A stretch of 64,000 nt of DNA from Scenedesmus sp. PABB004 (GCA_014905635.1 JABVCE010000017.1:558001-622000); one strand, 5' to 3'; shown: positions 16,013 through 28,464, counted from the stretch's first letter. Notes: generated from the letters alone by a model not told the origin. Numbers and translations are program-made.

Positions 16013-18818
16013 ATGCCGCCCGAGACCGCGGCCCTAGCGGGCTGGCTGGCCCGCTGCGCGCGCGCGAGCAGCGTCGGCGCGCTCGCGGCGGAGGCGGACG
16101 CCGCGGAGCCGATGCGTGCGCATTTCGACGGCCTGGTCGAGGAAGCCGACGCCAGGGGCTCGCCCTGCGCCGACCTGGCCGCGCTGCTGGCCGCCGGCGT
16201 GCAGGCGCGGCTGGCGCAGGCCGTGGCGCGCGCGCTGGAGCTCCTGACGGCGCCAGCGACACGCCCGGCGGCGGCGGCGGCGGGCACCAGGGGCTCCAGC
16301 ATGACGCTTTATTGCCTTATATGCGTGCTGAGGAGCAGCTTTTGCATCCGTGCCACGCTTGGTGCGCCGATTGTGGAGCTGGCGGCCGAGGTGGAGCGCG
16401 CGGGTGAGCGGCGTGCGAGCGGCGGGCGGCGGGTGCTGGCGGTCTGCGCGCCAGCAGCTGCCGGGCCCACCCCTGACCAGATTGTGACTGTCGCGCCGCA
16501 GGCATGCTGCCGCCGCTGGCCGCGGCCTGCACTGCCCTCGCCGCGGAGCTGGAGGCCCAGCAGCAGCAGCAGCGGCGGCGGCAGCAGCAGCAGCAGCGGC
16601 GGCGGCAGCAGCAGCAGCAGCGGCAGGCGGGCAGTGCTGAGCTGTTTGCGCTGAGCACGACGGCAGGTGCGCTGCTGATGGCAGCACACACTGCTTATGA
16701 CGCCTGGCGACACAGCCAGCTGGAGGGCCCGCTGCTGCCGCTGGCGCAGCCGGCGGCGCGGCTGGCGCTCGCAGTGCTGCGCTGCGCCGGCGCCTGGCGC
16801 GCGGCGGCAGGCGGCAGCTCAAGCATGGGCACCCTGGTGCAGTTAACTGTCACTGAGGCGCGCATAGGGGCCTGGGGGGCAGCCCAGAGTGTCGTGCTGG
16901 CCCAGGAGCAATGCCGCGGGACTGCTGAGGCGCTGGGAGCACTGCTGTCAGACCCCGCAGTGCAGCAGCTGCTGCTGGCCAACCTCGCCCTGCGCGCGGC
17001 GCACCGGCACGAGGCGCAGCGCGGCCGGCCGGCTGCCGCCGACGGCCGCGTCGGCTCCAGCGGCGGCGGCGCGCCCGTCGTGCCGGCGCGGCACGCCGCG
17101 CTGCTGCGCGCGCTGGAGCTGGACGCCTCTGCGGTGCCCCAGGCAGAGAACAGCGAGAGGCTTGTGGAGTGTAGCATTGCTGCAGTCGGTTCGCTGTTTG
17201 CTGTCTCGCCGCCGACCAGCTGTGGCGGCAGCACTGGCGCCAGCGCCAGCGGCCTGCCAGCGGTCGGCGCGGGGCTGGCGGCCGCAGCGGCGGAGGTGGC
17301 GCTGGAGCTGGCCGCGCTGCAGCCAACGCCAGACGTGCTGGTGGCCGGCGTGATTTGCGCCGGCACCATCATGGACTGCCTCCGGCCAGCCTGCCACGGT
17401 GGGGCCTGGGACGACCAGGCGGCGGCAGACGCGGCGTCGGCGACGGTGGTGCGCGCGTTCCTGCCGCTCGCCCGGCCCACCGCCGCCGCGCTGCTGGAGC
17501 CAGAGGCGGGCAGCCCGCCCCGCGCGGCGGCTGCAGCTGCGGGCACAGACGGCGTGGACGAGCTGGCGGCTGCCCGGGCGCAGCGCACTCTGGCCGGTCT
17601 GAAGGCCTGTGGCCGAATCCTGCTGTGGCCCAACGGAGCGGAGGGTGCGTGGCGTGCCGCGCTGGCGGCAGCTCGCCCGGCCGAGTGGCGCACAGTCCGC
17701 CTCCCTGTCTGCGCGCTCGCTCACGCTGCCGCCGCCGCCGACACTGCTGCCGCCACGCAGCGGACGCAGCGCTGGAGGCGTTTGCGCGGCAGGACCCCTC
17801 CACCCTGTGCCGGCTGCTGGAGGGCTCGGCCAGGAGCTGGGCGGGCATTGACGTGTCGCGCTCTGCCCTGAGCGCAGCCTACTCTGTGTGCCGTGCCATC
17901 AGCCGCCTCGAGCCCAGCCTGGTGGACGCGCCGGCGCTGACGACCACCAGCGGCGGCGCGGGCCTGCGGCTGCAGCGTGAGGTGTTTGCCTGCCTGCTCA
18001 CGGCCCTCAAGTGCGCGGCGGCCGGCGCCCCGCTCACAGCGGCCGAGGCCAACCCCCTTCAGCAGCTGCTGGCACTGGCGGGCGGGTGCCTGGAGGTGGT
18101 GAGCACCGGCTGCACCATTGGCGACGCGGTGGCGCACGTGCAGCCGGCAGCCGTGGCAGCCGCCGGCGGCCAGCTCGCGTACGAGCCGCCCGCGCTGTGG
18201 GCGGTGCTGGCGGCACGCGGCGTGGCGGTGCTGGCGCAGCTGCTGGGCCAGGTGCTGGCTGCGCCACGGCCCACATTAGGCGCGGGCGCCCATCGCGACG
18301 CTGGTGCGGCAGGCGAGCTGGTGCTGCTGGTGACTGCTGGCGCCGTGGTGGCGGACCTGCGCGACGTGGCGACGCTGCTGGGCGCGCGCCTGCGCGCGCT
18401 GGGGCCGCTGCCGGCGGACCCCTAGCGCACGAGCCTGGAGCTCCTGCTGGCGCAGCAGGAGCAGCTGTGCACGGCGTCGGAGGATCTGGTCGTGCAGCTG
18501 GACGGCGCCCTGGCCGACGGCCTGGCCGGGCTGCCCGCCGTGCACGAGCGCGGCCCCGCGCTGGCCGCGCAGGCGGAGGAGCTGTGTGCCGCGGTGTGCG
18601 CCGCACTGCCGCTGCGCGCGTGCTGCAACAACCCGCGCTGCACGGCGCTGACCGACGCGCTCAGCGAGCTGGCGGCGGTGCGCGGCCGGACGTGCGCGGG
18701 GTGCGTCAAGTCGGCGGCGCCCGCGCACTTCTGCAGCTTGGCTTGCCAGAGGGCTGCGTGGCGCGCGCACAAGCCGGTGTGCCGCGCGCTGGCCGCGACG
18801 GCGGATGAGGCGGCGTGA
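16013..18818 (+). pseudogene. MYND-family copy 2 with in-frame TAG before the zinc finger (pseudogene or truncated allele)
   Basis: Same 3-exon structure (intron 1 at 16404-16501). TAG at 18423-18425 where the paralogs have a Ser codon (TCG in copies 3-5, TCC in copy 1). The frame then continues to an intact MYND-like finger and TGA at 18816-18818. Confidence 0.75.
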
Positions 18819-19379
18819 ACGGGGGTCGCGCGGCCTTTACAACGACTGGAAACAGTCCGCGCGCGCACGTCAGCTGCCCCCCCCCCTCCGCCGCCGCTCC
18901 CCCAGGCGCAGCCGCGCAAGCGCAGCGCAGCGATCCTGCCGCGCACGCGCCGCACGCGCGCTGCCCACGCTGTTGGCGCCGCCGCTGGCGTCACCTGACA
19001 GTGCCGGCTCGCCGGGGAGCGCGGCGGGCGCGCGCCTGCGAGCAGCTGCGCTGGGCGTGCCGCGCACCGGCGTTGCACTGGCAACGCCATGCGCGCCGGC
19101 GCCCGCAGGTCCCCGCGCCGCCGCCAGCAGCCAATGCCGCCGCGCCGCCCGCCGCTGCGTGCGCGCTGCTGGAGCTGCCGCTGCCAGCGCCGCCGCCGCG
19201 ACTGCACCACACCCGCGCTCCATGCCCTTCTGACTGCTGGCCGCGCAACAGGCGGCCCGGGCCGCAAGAGCTGCGCGCCGCTGCCGCCAGCCAATCCAGC
19301 CTGCTCAGTCCCGTTGGTCCCAAGACCAGCAGCGGGCGCTCCCGATACTGCCGCTGTCACTCTGCCAAGCGGGCACGGC

Positions 19380-19790
19380 GCTGCGCGGCGCAGCTGCTGC
19401 AGCGCTCTTGCGCGCGCCGCCGCCGCCACTGCGCGCGCCGCCGCCGCACCGCCGCCGCCGCTGCGCGCGCCGCCGCTGCGCGCCGCCACCGTCGTTGCAG
19501 CGCGCCGCCGCTGCGTGCGCCGCCGCGCGCCGCCGCCGTCGTTGCTGCACGCCGCCGCCGCTGCGCGCGCGCCGCCGCTGCGCGCGCGCCGCCGCCGCTG
19601 ATGCACGCGCCGCCGCTGCCGCGCGCGCCGCCGCCACCGCGCGCGCCGCCGCTGCGCGCGCCGCCGCGGGCGCCGCCGCCGTTGCGCGCGCGCTGCCGCA
19701 GCGCGAGCCGCCGCGCGCCGTTGCCGCCTCTCGCCGCCGCGCGCGCCTTCGCAGCTGGGCGGCGCGAGCGGCGGCAGCGCCGCCGCACCC
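19380..19790. repeat. Low-complexity GCC/GCG-rich degenerate tandem repeat
   Basis: Repeated gcgcgcgccgccgccg(ctg)-like units between two convergent genes. Confidence 0.6.
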
Positions 19791-19803
19791 ACGGGGCCCT
19801 GGT

Positions 19804-20916
19804 TCACTCGGCCGAAGCAGCCTGCGGGCGCGAGAGGGAGGAGGAGCGGGCAAGGGGTCAAGGAGACGCGGCAGGGAGCGGCAGCAGCGGCGGCGGCGGC
19901 GGCGCTGGCCCTCGCGCCCAGCACGCCTCCCACGCACGCCCCGCGTGCGGGCCCGCTCCCGCCTGCGCGCGCACCTGGCCGTCGCCGTCGGGCTGGGCGG
20001 CCTCCGCCTCCTCGCCGCCGGCGGCGGCCGCGGGCTCGTCGCCCGCGTCCGGCTCGTCGCCGGCCGCCGTGCGCTGGCGCTTGGCGCCCGGCTCGCCCTC
20101 CAGCTCGGGCGCCTCGTGCCCGCCCGCGGCGGCGGCGTCGTCGTCGCCCGCCGGGTCGGCGGCGGGCGCGGCCGCGTCCGCGGCGTCGCCGGCGGGCGGG
20201 TCGGCGCCGTCGGCGGCGGGCGGGTCGGCGGCCTCGGCCGCGGCGGCCGGCGCGTCGCCGGGCGCCGCGGCGGTCGCGTCGGCGCTGGCCGCCGGCTCGG
20301 CGGCCGCGGGCGCGGCCGCGGCGGGCGCGGCCGCGGCGGCCATCACGGCCGCGGCGGCGTAGGGGTCGGACGCGACCGCGTGCGCGTGCCCGGCCGCCGC
20401 GGCCGTGGCCGCGGCGGCGGCGTAGTACGCGGCCGCGTAGTCGGTGGTGGAGGCGGTGTAGGCGGACGGCACCGCGGCCGCCGCGCCGCCCGCGCCGTGG
20501 CTGAAGCGGCACGCGTCGCCGCGGAAGCAGCGGCCGCGCGTGAAGTCGGCGCAGACCTCGTGGCCGCCCGTCTGCACGGCCGGCGCGCCCGCCACGTCGT
20601 GGCTGAAGCGGCAGGCGTCGCCGCGGAAGCAGCGCCCGCGCGTGTAGTCCATGCAGACCTCGTGCCCCGGCGGCATCTGCTGCACCGGCGGCGCGCCCGG
20701 CACGTCGTGGCTGTAGCGGCACGCGTCGCCGCGGAAGCAGCGCCCGCGCGTGTAGTCCATGCAGACGGGCAGGCCCGACGTCGGCGCGCCGTAGCCGCCG
20801 GCGGCGGGGGCACCGTAGCCGCCCGCGCCGCCGGCGGCGCCGTAGCCCGCGTACGCGCCGTAACCGGCCGCGCCGTAGCCGGCGCCGTAGCCGGCGGCAC
20901 CCGGGTAGTAAGACAT
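19804..20916 (-). CDS. Protein with three tandem C-x8-C-x5-C-x3-H-like CCCH fingers (putative RNA-binding)
   Basis: MSYYPGAAGYG... then three near-identical VC(M/A)D(Y/F)TRGRCFRGDACR(Y/F)SH units and an acidic tail with KRQR. The final intron leads to a short exon AASAE and a stop at 19804. Confidence 0.85.
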
Positions 20917-21392
20917 GTTCGCGAGGCGCGAGGGGCGGGGAGGCGGCTGATGCTGGGGGCCGCTGCCGGCGCGTGCGCTGGGCCGCGGCGCTTGCGCTGC
21001 GCTGCGGACGGGTCGCGGTGAAGAGGAGGCCCGACGGCAAGGCCGAGCGGGGGCTGTGGGCGCGCTGTCCGAGCCGGGGAGGGGCCGACGCTGCTGGAGA
21101 CGCCGATCACGGCGCGCGTGCGATGGAGAGGCGCAGAATGTCCCGGGCGGCGGCGGGGCGCGGGCACATGAGGCGCGGCCGCAGCGGCAGGCGAAGCTTC
21201 GGCATCGCTGAACCCCCGTCGTTGTTGAAGCGCTGGTATCGCGAGCGCATCCGGTCGCCACACTGCTGCTCGCCTGCCGGCGGCAGCGGCGGCAGCAAGC
21301 GGCGGCAGCAAGCGGCAGCGGCGGCAGCAAGCGGCGCCCCCCCACTGCCGCGGTCCCAGCCCGGGCGTGGCTCTGGCGGCGCTCCCCCCGGC

Positions 21393-24178
21393 ATGCGGCC
21401 CGAGACGGCCGCCGTGGCGGGCTGGCTGGGCCGCTGCGCGTGCGCGAGCAGCGCCGACGCGCTCGCGGCGGCGGACGCCCACGTCGCCGGCGCCGGGCAG
21501 CTGATGCGCGCCTATTTCGCCGACCTGGTCGAGGCCGCCGAGGCCAGGGGCTCGCCCTGCGCCGACCTGGCCGCGCTGCTGGCCCCAAGCGTGCAGGCGC
21601 GGCTGGCGCAGGCCGTGGCGCGCGGCCTGGCGCTGGCGGCTGCGCTGGCGCGTGCGCCGGCGACGGAGGGCAGCGTGCGCTTCGCCAAGTCGCTGTCCAG
21701 CCTGTGCAGCGTGCTGAAGAACAGCTTTTGCATCCGCACCATCCTTGGCGAGCCAAGGGCAGGGCTGGCGGCCGAGGCCGCGCTCGCTGGTGAGCGGCGG
21801 TTCGCGGTGGTCGGTCTGCGCCGGCAGCTGCTGCGCCCGCCCCCGACCACGCCGCTGCCGCTGCGCGCGCGCGCGCAGGCGTGCTGCCGCCGCTGGCCGC
21901 CGCCTGCGCCGCCCTCGCCGCGGAGCTGGAGCGGCAGCACCAGCGGCAGGCGGGCAGCGCTGAGCTGGCGGCGGCATCGTGCGCGGCAGCTGGGCTGCTG
22001 CGGGCGGAACGTGCCGTGCGCACCGTCTGGCCGCCTAACGGCCAGCTGCAGGGCCCGCTGCTGCCGCTGGCGCAGCCGACCGCGCGCCTGGCGCTCGCCG
22101 TGCTGCGCCGCGCCGGCTCGTGGCGGGCGGGCGGCGGGTTTCGGGGGCTCAGACGTGGAGCCGGCTCTTGCCCAGGCGCGCGCAGTGGCCTGGTGGACAG
22201 CCCAGAGTGTGGTGGCAGCCCGCCGCAGCGGCTGCGTGAGCGCAGAGGCAGAGCGCGCGCTGCTGGCAGACCCCGCGGTGCAGCAGCTGCTGCTGGCGGA
22301 GCTCGCGCTGCGCGCGGCGCACCGGCACAAGGCGCAGCGCGGCCGGCCGGCCGCCGCCGACGGCCGCGCCCGCTCCGGCGGCAGCGGCGGCGCGCCCGAC
22401 GTGCCGGCCCTGCACGCCGCGCTGCTGCGCGCGCTGGAGCTGGACGCCAGCGCGGTGCCCCCGGGCGATCACAGTGAGGGGCTAGTGATTGAGAGCATCT
22501 CTGCAGTTGGCCACATGTTCCATATCTCGCCGCCGACCAATTGCGCCGGCAGCGGCGCCAGGGCCAGCACCGACGCCAGCGGCCCGCCATCGGTCGGCGG
22601 CGCGGGGCTGGCGGCTGCAGCCGCGGAAGCGGCGCTGGAGCTGGTGGCGCTGCGGCCAACGCAAGACGTGCTGGCTGCTGGCGCCGTGTGCGCCGGCACC
22701 GCCATGCGCTGCCTCGGGCCACCCTCTCCGGCGGCGACCGACCCGGCAGCGTCGGCGATTGCGGCTGCGGCAGTGCTGCGCGCGTTCCTGCCGCTCGCTC
22801 GGCCCGTCGCCGCCGCGCTGCTGGAGCCAGAGGCGGGCGTCACGCCCCGCTCGGCGACGGCAGGCACACAGGGCGCGGACGAGCTGGCGGCTGCCCGGCG
22901 ACAAAATGCTGTGTGCGGTCTGGTGGGCTGTGCCCACGTCCTGCTGTGCAGCAACGGAGCGCAGGGTGCGCTGCGTACTGCGCTGGCGGCAGCTCGCCCG
23001 GCCGAGGGGCGCACAGTCCGCCTCCCTGTCTGCGCGCTCGCTCACGCTGCCTCTGCCGCCGACACTGCTGCCGCCGTGCAGCGGACGCGGCGCTGGCGGT
23101 GTTTGCGCGGCAGGACCCCTCCACCCTGTGCCGGCTGCTGGAGGGCTCGGCCAGGAGCTGGGCGGGCATTGACGTGTCGCGCTCTGCCCTGAGCGCAGCC
23201 TACTCTGTGTGCCGTGCCATCAGCCGCCTCGAGCCCAGCCTGGTGGACGCGCCGGCGCTGACGACCACCAGCGGCGGCGCGGGCCTGCGGCTGCAGCGTG
23301 AGGTGTTTGCCTGCCTGCTCACGGCCCTCAAGTGCGCGGCGGCCGGCGCCCCGCTCACAGCGGCCGAGGCCAACCCCCTTCAGCAGCTGCTGGCACTGGC
23401 GGGCGGGTGCCTGGAGGTGGTGAGCACCGGCTGCGCCATCGGCGACGCCGTGGCGCATGCGCAGCCGGCTGCTGTCGCAGCCGCCGGTGGCCAGCTCGCG
23501 TACGAGCCGCCCGCGCTGTGGGCGGTGCTGGCGGCACGCGGCGTGGCGGTGATGGCACAGCTGCTGAGCCAGGCGCTGGTGGCGCTGCAGCCGGCGGCCA
23601 GCGCGGCCGTGCCCACCGACGCTGGTGTGCCTGGCGAGCTAGAGCGGCTGGTGAATGCTGCCGCCGTGGTGGCGCACCTGCACGACGCGGTGGCGCTGCT
23701 GGGCGAGCGCCTGGGCGAGCTGGGGTCGCTGCCGGCGGACGCCTCGCGCGCGGGCCTGGAGCTCCTGCTGGCGCAGCAGAAGCAGCTGGACACAGCGGCG
23801 GCGGAGCTGGCCGACCAGCTGGACGGCGCCCTGGCCGACGGCCTGGCCGGGCTGCCCGCCGTGCACGAGCGCGGCCCCGCGCTGGCCGCGCAGGCGGAGG
23901 AGCTGTGCGCCGCGGTGTGCGCCGCGCTGCCGCTGCGCGCGTGCTGCAACAACCCACGCTGCGCGGCGCTGACCGGCGCGCACAGCGAGCTGTCGGCGGT
24001 GCGCGGCCGGGCGTGCGGGGGGTGCGTCAAGTCGGCGGCGCCTGCACGCTTCTGCGGCGTGGCCTGCCAGAGGGCTGTGTGGCGCGCGCACAAGCCGGTG
24101 TGCGCCGCGCTGGCTGCGGCGGCGGCGGCGACTGGCGGCGCGGCAGCCGCGCTGCCGCGTGCGGGCGAGGCGGAGTGA
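21393..24178 (+). CDS. MYND-family copy 3 (apparent 1-nt frameshift near 22130, real or assembly error)
   Basis: MRPETAAVAGWLGRC, same exon pattern, MYND-like C-terminus. Homology switches frame at tggcgggcgggcggcgggtttc (about 22121-22142). Confidence 0.78.
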
Positions 24179-24440
24179 GTGAGCGCGCGCGGCCGGGCTG
24201 TGGCTGACGCGTGCGTCGTCTGCTGGTTTGATGCAACGGCGGAGCAGGGCCTGCGGTTCGGGCGCGGCACGGTGCGGCGCCGCCGCTGCGGTTTGGCAAC
24301 CACTGCCGCCGCCTGCTTGGCGCCCCACTCAGCGGTCAGCGCTGCCCCTCACGCTCCGCGTGGCGCACACGACTCCCCGCTACCACCGGCGCCCCGCTGC
24401 GCCGCGGCAGGCGCGTTCCCGCCAGCACTCGCGTCGCATC

Positions 24441-27400
24441 ATGGCGCCCAGCTGCGCCGACGTGGACGAGTTCCTGGACAGCGTGAGCGAGGTGTCGCGG
24501 ATCATCGACTGCCTGCGCTCGGGCGCGCTGTCGCCGGAGTTCGTCGACCGCAAGCTCGCCGCCCAGGGCGGCGCCCCGCGCCGCGCCGCCGCGCCGCCGG
24601 GCGCCGCCCGCGACGCCGGGCCGGCCCGCGCCGGCGGCGGCGGCGCAGGCGGCGAGCCTGCGGACGCGGCTGGGCGCGCGGCGGCGGAGGAGGCGCGGCG
24701 CGCGGAGCTCGCGCGCAAGGTGGACGAGCTCAAGGCCTCGCGCGCGCGCAAGCTCGCCGCGCGCGCGCGCTACGACGCCCACGTCTCTGCGGCGGCGGCG
24801 GCGACGGGTGGCGACGCACACGCGCCCGGCGGCACCGGCAGCGACGCGGTCCTGCAGGGCGGCGCGCTGCAGAGCGCGCGCCGCGCGGCGGCCGGCGCCG
24901 CAGCGGCGGGCGCCGCTGCCGGCGCGACCGATTACGCCGCGTGGGAGCTGTGGTGCCCCAGCGACGACGAGGACGAGCTCTTTGCCTCGCTCACGCCCGA
25001 CACGCCCGCCTTTCACGCGATGGAGGCAGACATCAACGCCCGCCACGCGCGGTGCGCCGCCGCCAGCGCGCGCAACCGCCCTGCAAGCACGCCGCCGCAC
25101 CGCGCCGCGCCGGGGCGCGCCCCAGGCTGCCGTGCCCGGCGCGCCGCCCGCGCCGCACAGCATGGTGGAGCAGCGCCAGGTCGCCGAGCGCGCGCGGCAG
25201 GCGGGCAACGCGGCGTTCGCGGGCGGCCAGTGGGGCGAGGCGCTGCGCTGCTATGAGGCGGGCCTGGAGGCGCAGCGGCACAGCGCCGCGCTGCACGCCA
25301 ACGCCGCGGCGGCGGCGCTGAAGCTCGGCTGCCACGTGCAGGCGCTCGAGCACTGCAGCAAGGCGCGGCACGATGCGGCGCACGGGGCGGCGCACGCGCC
25401 GGCGCCGGCCAGCGGCGCCGGGCGTTCCGCGCGGCGGGCGCGCCTCCGCCGAGCGCGGCCGCGCGCGCCTCCCGCCGCCGCCCCTCTCGCCGGCAGGTCC
25501 TGCACATCAACGAGCTGCTGCACAACGCGCCGCGCCACCCGCTGTCCATCAAAGCGCTGCAGCGCCGCGCGGTCGCGCACCAGGTGCGCCGGCTTCCCTC
25601 CCCCTCCCCGCCGCACGCAGCGCACGACGCTGGCACACGCGGCACGGCGCCGCCGCCCGCACCCGGCCCGGCCGCCGGCGGCCGCCCCGACCGCCGGCCG
25701 TCGCCGCAGGCGCTCGAGCAGCACAGCAAGGCGGTGGCAGACCTGGAGGCGGCGCTGGCCATGCTGCCGGGCGACGCCGAGGTGCGGGGCGCCGCAGCCC
25801 GGGCGCGCGCAGCGGCGAGTGCGGGGCGGGGGCTGCGCCGCCCGGGGCCCGGGCGGGGCGCCCACCAGAAACGACCCGCCGCCGCCGGCGCAGCTGACGG
25901 CGCAGCTGGGCCGCGCGCGCGCGCTGCGTGAGGAGGCCAAGGCGGCAAAGCGCCTCAAGGGCCAGGTGCGGCAGGGCAGCGCGGCGGCGCTCAGCGGCGC
26001 TCGGCGGCGCCGCAGGTCGCCGACCGGACGCCCCACGGCGCGCGCAGGTCGCGAGCGGCGACGCCAGCCTGCCGGCACTGCCGGCTCTGCAGCGGGTTGA
26101 GCGCGCCGCGGCGGCGCTGGCGGCGCTCGCGCGCACGGACGGCCCCGCGCTCGCGGCGGCCTGCGGCGAGCTGGCAGGTGGGGCTCGCGGAACGCGCGGC
26201 CGGCGCTGGCGTGGCCCGGCCTGGTCTGATCGCGCGCCCCGCGCTCGTCCGCGCGCGTAGAGCTGATGCGCGGCGACGAGCGCTGCTGCGTGTACTTCCG
26301 AGCATGCGGCGGCGTCGCGGCGCTGGCCAAGCAGGCGCGGCGCGACGCGGGCGCGGGCCGGTGCGCCGCGCGGCGCAGCACGGCGTGCCGAGCCGGCCGC
26401 GGCCGCCGCCTGCAGGTGGTTGCGCTGGCGGGCGCACAGCCCGCCGAGGGCGGCGCCAACGCCGACGACGCCGCGCTGGCGGCCGCGCTGCGCCTGCTGG
26501 CGGCCGCGTGTGCGGGCGCTGCCGCGACGACGTGGGAGGCGCTGGGCGAGGGCCCGGCGGCGGCGCTGCTGGGCCAGGCGCAGGCAGCCGCGCTGGACGT
26601 CGCGGCGCGCCCGTGCTGCGGCGGCGGCAGCAGCGCGCAGGCGGCGCCCGCCGCGCTCTGCCTGCTGCGTGATGCGGTGCGGGAGAGCGCCGGCGCACGG
26701 GCAGCGGTCGCGCGCGTGCTGCTGCTGCCGCCCGGCGACGCCGCGGCTGCCGGCCAGCGGCGCAGCGAGGCGGCGGGGCCGAGCCGCCTGGCGCGGCTGT
26801 GGGAGCGCTGCTGCAGCGCTGACTGGCCGCCGACCGGGCACGCACACGTGAGCGTGCAGCGCAGGGCGGCGGCGGGGCCAGCCGGGGATCCAGGGTCGAG
26901 GGCGGCAGGGCAGCACACAGCGCGCACGGCTGGGCAGCAAGAGCTCCCCGCACCCCTCCGTCCCTCCGTCCCGCAGGAGGATGCACTGGAGCTGCTGGCC
27001 GCCGGCGTGCGGGCGCCGCCCGTGGCCAAGGCGCTCGGCACGCTGCTCGCGGCGCGCGGCACGCCCGCCGCCGCGCCGCTGCTCGCGCTGCTCCCGAGCG
27101 CAGGCGCCGCGCCCGGCCGCGGTGTTGGCGCGAATCCGGAGCGTCGCCGCCTGGCGCCGGCGGTGTACGGTCTGCTGCTGAGTATGAGCGCAGCGCCCGC
27201 CCTCGCGGGCGCGCTCGCGCGCGACGCCGGGCTGCTGCGCCGCGCCTGCGCCGCGGCGGGCCTGCCGGCGCCGGGCGCGCCCGGCTGCCGCGGCGGGGGC
27301 GCGTCCGACGGCGCCGGCGACGCGCGCGCCGGCGCCGGCGCCGCCGCGCTGGACCTGCTGACCAATCTGTCGGCCGAGCCGAGCGCACAGGCGGCGCTCG

Positions 27401-28170
27401 CCGCGCCGTCCCAGCTCGCCGCGCTGCTGGAGCTGGCGGCGCCGGGCGGCGACGCCGGTGGGGAGGGCAAGGGCCCGCGGCTGCCGCCGCGCGGCGCGGC
27501 GCGCGTGCGCGCGCAGCCCACGGAGCCCCCGCACGACGCGGCCGGCGGGCTGCGCGCCGCGCGCGCGGCGTGCCTGCTCGCGCGCGCCGCGCGGCAGCCG
27601 GGCGCGGCGCCGGAGCTGCTGCGCCTGGGCGCGCTGGAGCGGCTCTCGCGCGCGCTGGGCGCGCTGCTGGCGCGCGCCGAGGGAGGGCGCGGCGGCGACG
27701 ACGACGCGACCGCCGCCGCGTGGGCGGCGTCGGCCGTGCAGGCGCTGGCGCAGCTGACGGCCGCGCCCGACGCCTGCGCGGGCTGCGGCGAGGCCGCCGG
27801 GGCCGCGGCGATCGACGCCTGCGTTGGGCTGCTGCGCGCCGCCGACGTCGGCGCGCGCCCCGCGCCCGACGCGCCCGGCGCGTGCGGCGGCGCCGAGCCA
27901 GGGCCCGCCGCGCCGGCGCTCGCCGTCGGCGCGGCGGCCGCCGGCAACGCCGCGCTCTGCCTCGGCCACTTTGCCGCCGCGCCGCGCTGGCGCCCCGCGC
28001 TCGCGCGCGCCGGCGCGGTGGGGCCGCTGCTCGCGGCCGCGCGGCGCGGCGGCGCGGCGGCGCGCAACGCTGGCATCGCGCTCGCGCGCGCGGCGGCCGA
28101 CCCGGGCGTGCTGGCGTCGCTGCGTGACGCGCGCGGGCTGGAGATGATCGCCGCGCACGTGCGGCCGTGA
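24441..28170 (+). CDS. TTC12: TTC12-like protein: N-terminal helix, TPR motifs and ARM-repeat C-terminus
   Basis: N-terminal DVDEFLDSVSEVSRII. TPR motifs AERARQAGNAAFAGGQWGEALRCYEAGL, ALHANAAAAALKLG, KALQRRA and AVADLEAALAMLP. The ARM-like end GNAALCLG...RNAGIALARAA..LRDARGLEMI resembles the TTC12 C-terminus. Confidence 0.7.
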
Positions 28171-28464
28171 CGGGGCGGCGGCGGCGCCAGGGCGCGGTGG
28201 CGTCGTCGGGGGCCTGCCGGGCGCAGCAGCGGTTGCTGCGGTTCGGGCGAACCACGTTCGTGACGCCCGTCGCCCGTCGCTCTCGCGCGCCCCGCGCGGC
28301 GACGCCGGCCCGCTCCCCACCGTGGCCACGCACGCTAAGAGGCAGCTCGAGCTGCTGACGAGAGCACCGCGCAGCTTCGCAGCAGCAGCAGCAGCACACC
28401 GGCGCGCATGCCGCACGGCGGCGACAGCTAGGCGCCCGCCCGGGCTGGGCGTCGAGAGGGCGCC

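Noticed and set aside
18423..18425. Possible TAG codon reassignment
   Set aside because: It is a single instance at a Ser position, one substitution away from TCG. No other in-frame TAG was needed in conserved genes.
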